Under the pieces are notes generated by a model. It saw nothing but the letters and a program-made list of their open reading frames with translations, searched no databases and had not been told where the DNA came from. Positions 36,750 through 39,913 of a DNA stretch of 39,913 nucleotides are shown here, piece by piece; position 1 is the first letter of the stretch, and every line of letters begins with the position of its first letter. The stretch comes from an uncultured Heliobacteriaceae bacterium (lineage in GTDB: Bacteria; Acidobacteriota; Blastocatellia; RBC074). Made by a program: the position numbers and the translations under genes. The stretch is taken from contig CAYWDW010000001.1 of assembly GCA_964457105.1 (NCBI GenBank), positions 1-39,913 of the forward strand, given 5' to 3'.

Positions 36750-36933
36750 GGGCAGACCGGGGTTCAGACAAAGCCTGCCGTGTGGCTGAGAAAGCCCGTC
36801 TTTATTGAGTTTGCGGCGCACAGGGCAAGGAGCGCTGAGGGTTGCCGCCCGCCTCCGGCAGGCAACAATAATGTCGAATGAGCCAGGCATTCCAACAAAA
36901 ATGTCTGCCACCTGGAACCCCGAACCCTGAAGC

Positions 36934-37041
36934 AGAGAGAACGGAACAGACGGAAATAACGAAACACACGGAAAGCTTCCCGACCGGTTCCCCATCCTTT
37001 TCCGTCTGTTTCGTTATTTCCGTCTGTTCCGTCATCTCTCT
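36934..37041. repeat. Long imperfect inverted repeat (about 40-bp stem) in the ilvE-glnD intergenic region
   Basis: 36941-36966 pairs perfectly (26 bp) with 37007-37032. The stem extends inward 7 bp after one mismatch and outward 7 bp (agagaga/tctctct) after a 2-nt bulge. The loop is about 23 nt. Confidence 0.75.
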
Positions 37042-37191
37042 TCTTCTGTCTGAATTTTTCCCGCTCCTACAAAATTGTCCTTCCGAACACTCACATTCAC
37101 ACTTCTGTAGGAAGCCGACTTCGATCTCAGGCGTAAAAAAACGGGGACGCCAGCGCGGCATCCCCGTTTGCGGTTCTGATCTGAATGGTTC

Positions 37192-38136
37192 TTACGACGC
37201 GACCGGCTGCGCCACCTGCACGGGCGTCAGCCATTCGCGGTAACGCGGCTCCCGGCCACGCACAACGCTGAAAAAGAGTTCCTGAATCCGGGTGGTGACG
37301 GGGCCGCGCGTGCCTGCGCCGATGGCGTGATGATCAACCTCACGCACCGGAGTGATTTCAGCCGCCGTGCCGGTAAAGAACGCTTCGTCGCAGTTGAGCA
37401 GGTCTTCCGGTTTGAGATGGCCAATCTCGACCGTGTAACCGAGATCGCGCGCCAGTTGAATCGCCGTGTCGCGCGTGATGCCCATCAGAATTGAGGAATC
37501 AGCGTCGTTGGTGCGAAGCACGCCGTCTTTGATCACAAAAAGATTTTCGCCCGAACCTTCAGAAATATAACCGTCGCGGTTGATCAGCACGCCTTCGTCA
37601 TAACCTTCGTCAATGGCTTCGGTCACGGCGAGAATCGAGTTCAGATAATTGCCGCTGGCTTTCGCGGTCGTCGGAATCATGGACTGATGGATTTTGGTCA
37701 TCGACACGAATTTCACGCGCACGCCGTTTTTCAAACCTTCTTCGCCGAGATACGCGCCCCACTTCCAGACCATGATCGCCACCTCAACCGGCAGCCCCTT
37801 CGGATAAACGCCCAGCCGCCCATACCCGTAATAAGCAATCGGGCGAATATAACAATCGGTGAAATCATTGCGCACGATCAGTTCACACATCGCCGCTTCG
37901 AGTTCTGCGGGCGAGTAAGGAATCTTCAGCCGATAAGGAACGCCTGAAGCATAAAAGCGATCCAGATGCGGCTGCAGCCTGAAGATGGCCGGGCCGTCAA
38001 CCGTGTCGTAACAGCGAATGCCTTCAAAAACGCCGCTGCCATAATGCAGCGCGTGCGTGGTCACGTGAATAGTGCCTTCGGCCCAGGGTTTGATTTCACC
38101 ATTCATCCACAGATATTTGACGCCATCGAAACTCAT
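37192..38136 (-). CDS. ilvE: Branched-chain amino acid aminotransferase
   Basis: 314-aa ORF starting ...LWMNGEIKPWAEGTIHVTTHALHYGSGVFEGIRCY..., with the class IV aminotransferase pattern throughout (EGSGENLF, GITRD). Confidence 0.9.
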   Translation of the reverse strand: MSFDGVKYLWMNGEIKPWAEGTIHVTTHALHYGSGVFEGIRCYDTVDGPAIFRLQPHLDRFYASGVPYRLKIPYSPAELEAAMCELIVRNDFTDCYIRPIAYYGYGRLGVYPKGLPVEVAIMVWKWGAYLGEEGLKNGVRVKFVSMTKIHQSMIPTTAKASGNYLNSILAVTEAIDEGYDEGVLINRDGYISEGSGENLFVIKDGVLRTNDADSSILMGITRDTAIQLARDLGYTVEIGHLKPEDLLNCDEAFFTGTAAEITPVREVDHHAIGAGTRGPVTTRIQELFFSVVRGREPRYREWLTPVQVAQPVAS

Positions 38137-38220
38137 GATTTGTCCTTTCAGTCGTGCGAGCAGTTGAACTGCAAACCAGAAGCGGTGTGAAACAGCGGCA
38201 GGCTGACAGCCTGTCTGACA

Positions 38221-39705
<1,485 letters not shown>

Positions 39706-39751
39706 CTCAATATTCTTTCGTTTTGCTGATGAGGAGAATTCAGTTTGGCAA

Positions 39752-39913
39752 TTAAAGTTCATAATGCGCGAATGATTGCGCAACTTTTCCGTTTTGTGCG
39801 AAAAGAAAAACCTCAGCAGCCATGCGTCCGTCAGCAGAAATGTAATGGATTGTCAGACTGTCTGCTCCGATCAGAATCTGTTTCAATTCAAAATGAAGAT
39901 CAGGAAGCATCTG
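39752..39913 (-). CDS. Partial ORF (C-terminal 53 codons), possibly a small NTF2/SnoaL-like protein; N-terminus outside the window
   Basis: The minus-strand frame is open from the window edge to TAA at 39752-39754. It translates to ...[53 protein letters not shown]. It is not in the ORF track because no start lies in the window. The sequence is AT-richer than its surroundings, and the fold guess is weak. Confidence 0.35.
   Translation of the reverse strand, partial: QMLPDLHFELKQILIGADSLTIHYISADGRMAAEVFLFAQNGKVAQSFAHYEL

Noticed and set aside
39740-39790. Imperfect palindrome TTGCGCAATCATTCGCGCA as an operator or promoter for gltD
   Set aside because: It lies inside the coding tail of the upstream partial ORF, the dyad is imperfect, and no -35/-10 pair with proper spacing could be matched.

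Overview
High-GC bacterial chromosomal window, most likely Acidobacteriota. This is an inference from two secreted proteins carrying the Solibacter-type TIGR03437 C-terminal domain, SBBP repeats and tricorn-like proteases. I support about 24 protein genes and saw no rRNA, tRNA, CRISPR array, transposase or integrase. Left end, minus strand: tandemly duplicated tricorn-like proteases and a DUF1080 protein. The least ordinary block is 7.4-19.3 kb on the plus strand. It holds an orphan 1206-aa BrxC/PglY-like P-loop ATPase with no other BREX genes nearby, then a hairpin built from 7-nt tandem repeats. Next come two paralogous YfhO-type GT-C membrane glycosyltransferases, the second fused to an ArnT/PMT-like GT-C module (1470 aa), and a small lipoprotein. 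A long bidirectional hairpin closes the block. This block is my best candidate for an undescribed system, but the functional link between the ATPase and the glycosyltransferases is inference only. The rest is mostly housekeeping: a PhzF-like gene, a LolA-like gene, pcm-surE, two large secreted TIGR03437 proteins and a Tat-exported TIM-barrel enzyme operon. A nitrogen block, glnD-amtB-PII-(outer-membrane beta-barrel), sits behind an exact consensus sigma-54 promoter, followed by ilvE, gltD and a partial small ORF at the right edge. Heptanucleotide-repeat hairpin elements occur at three intergenic sites, each starting 8-10 nt after a stop codon, and two of them are copies of one element in opposite orientations. 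Many long ORFs in the track are antisense shadow ORFs typical of high-GC DNA, and I rejected them.
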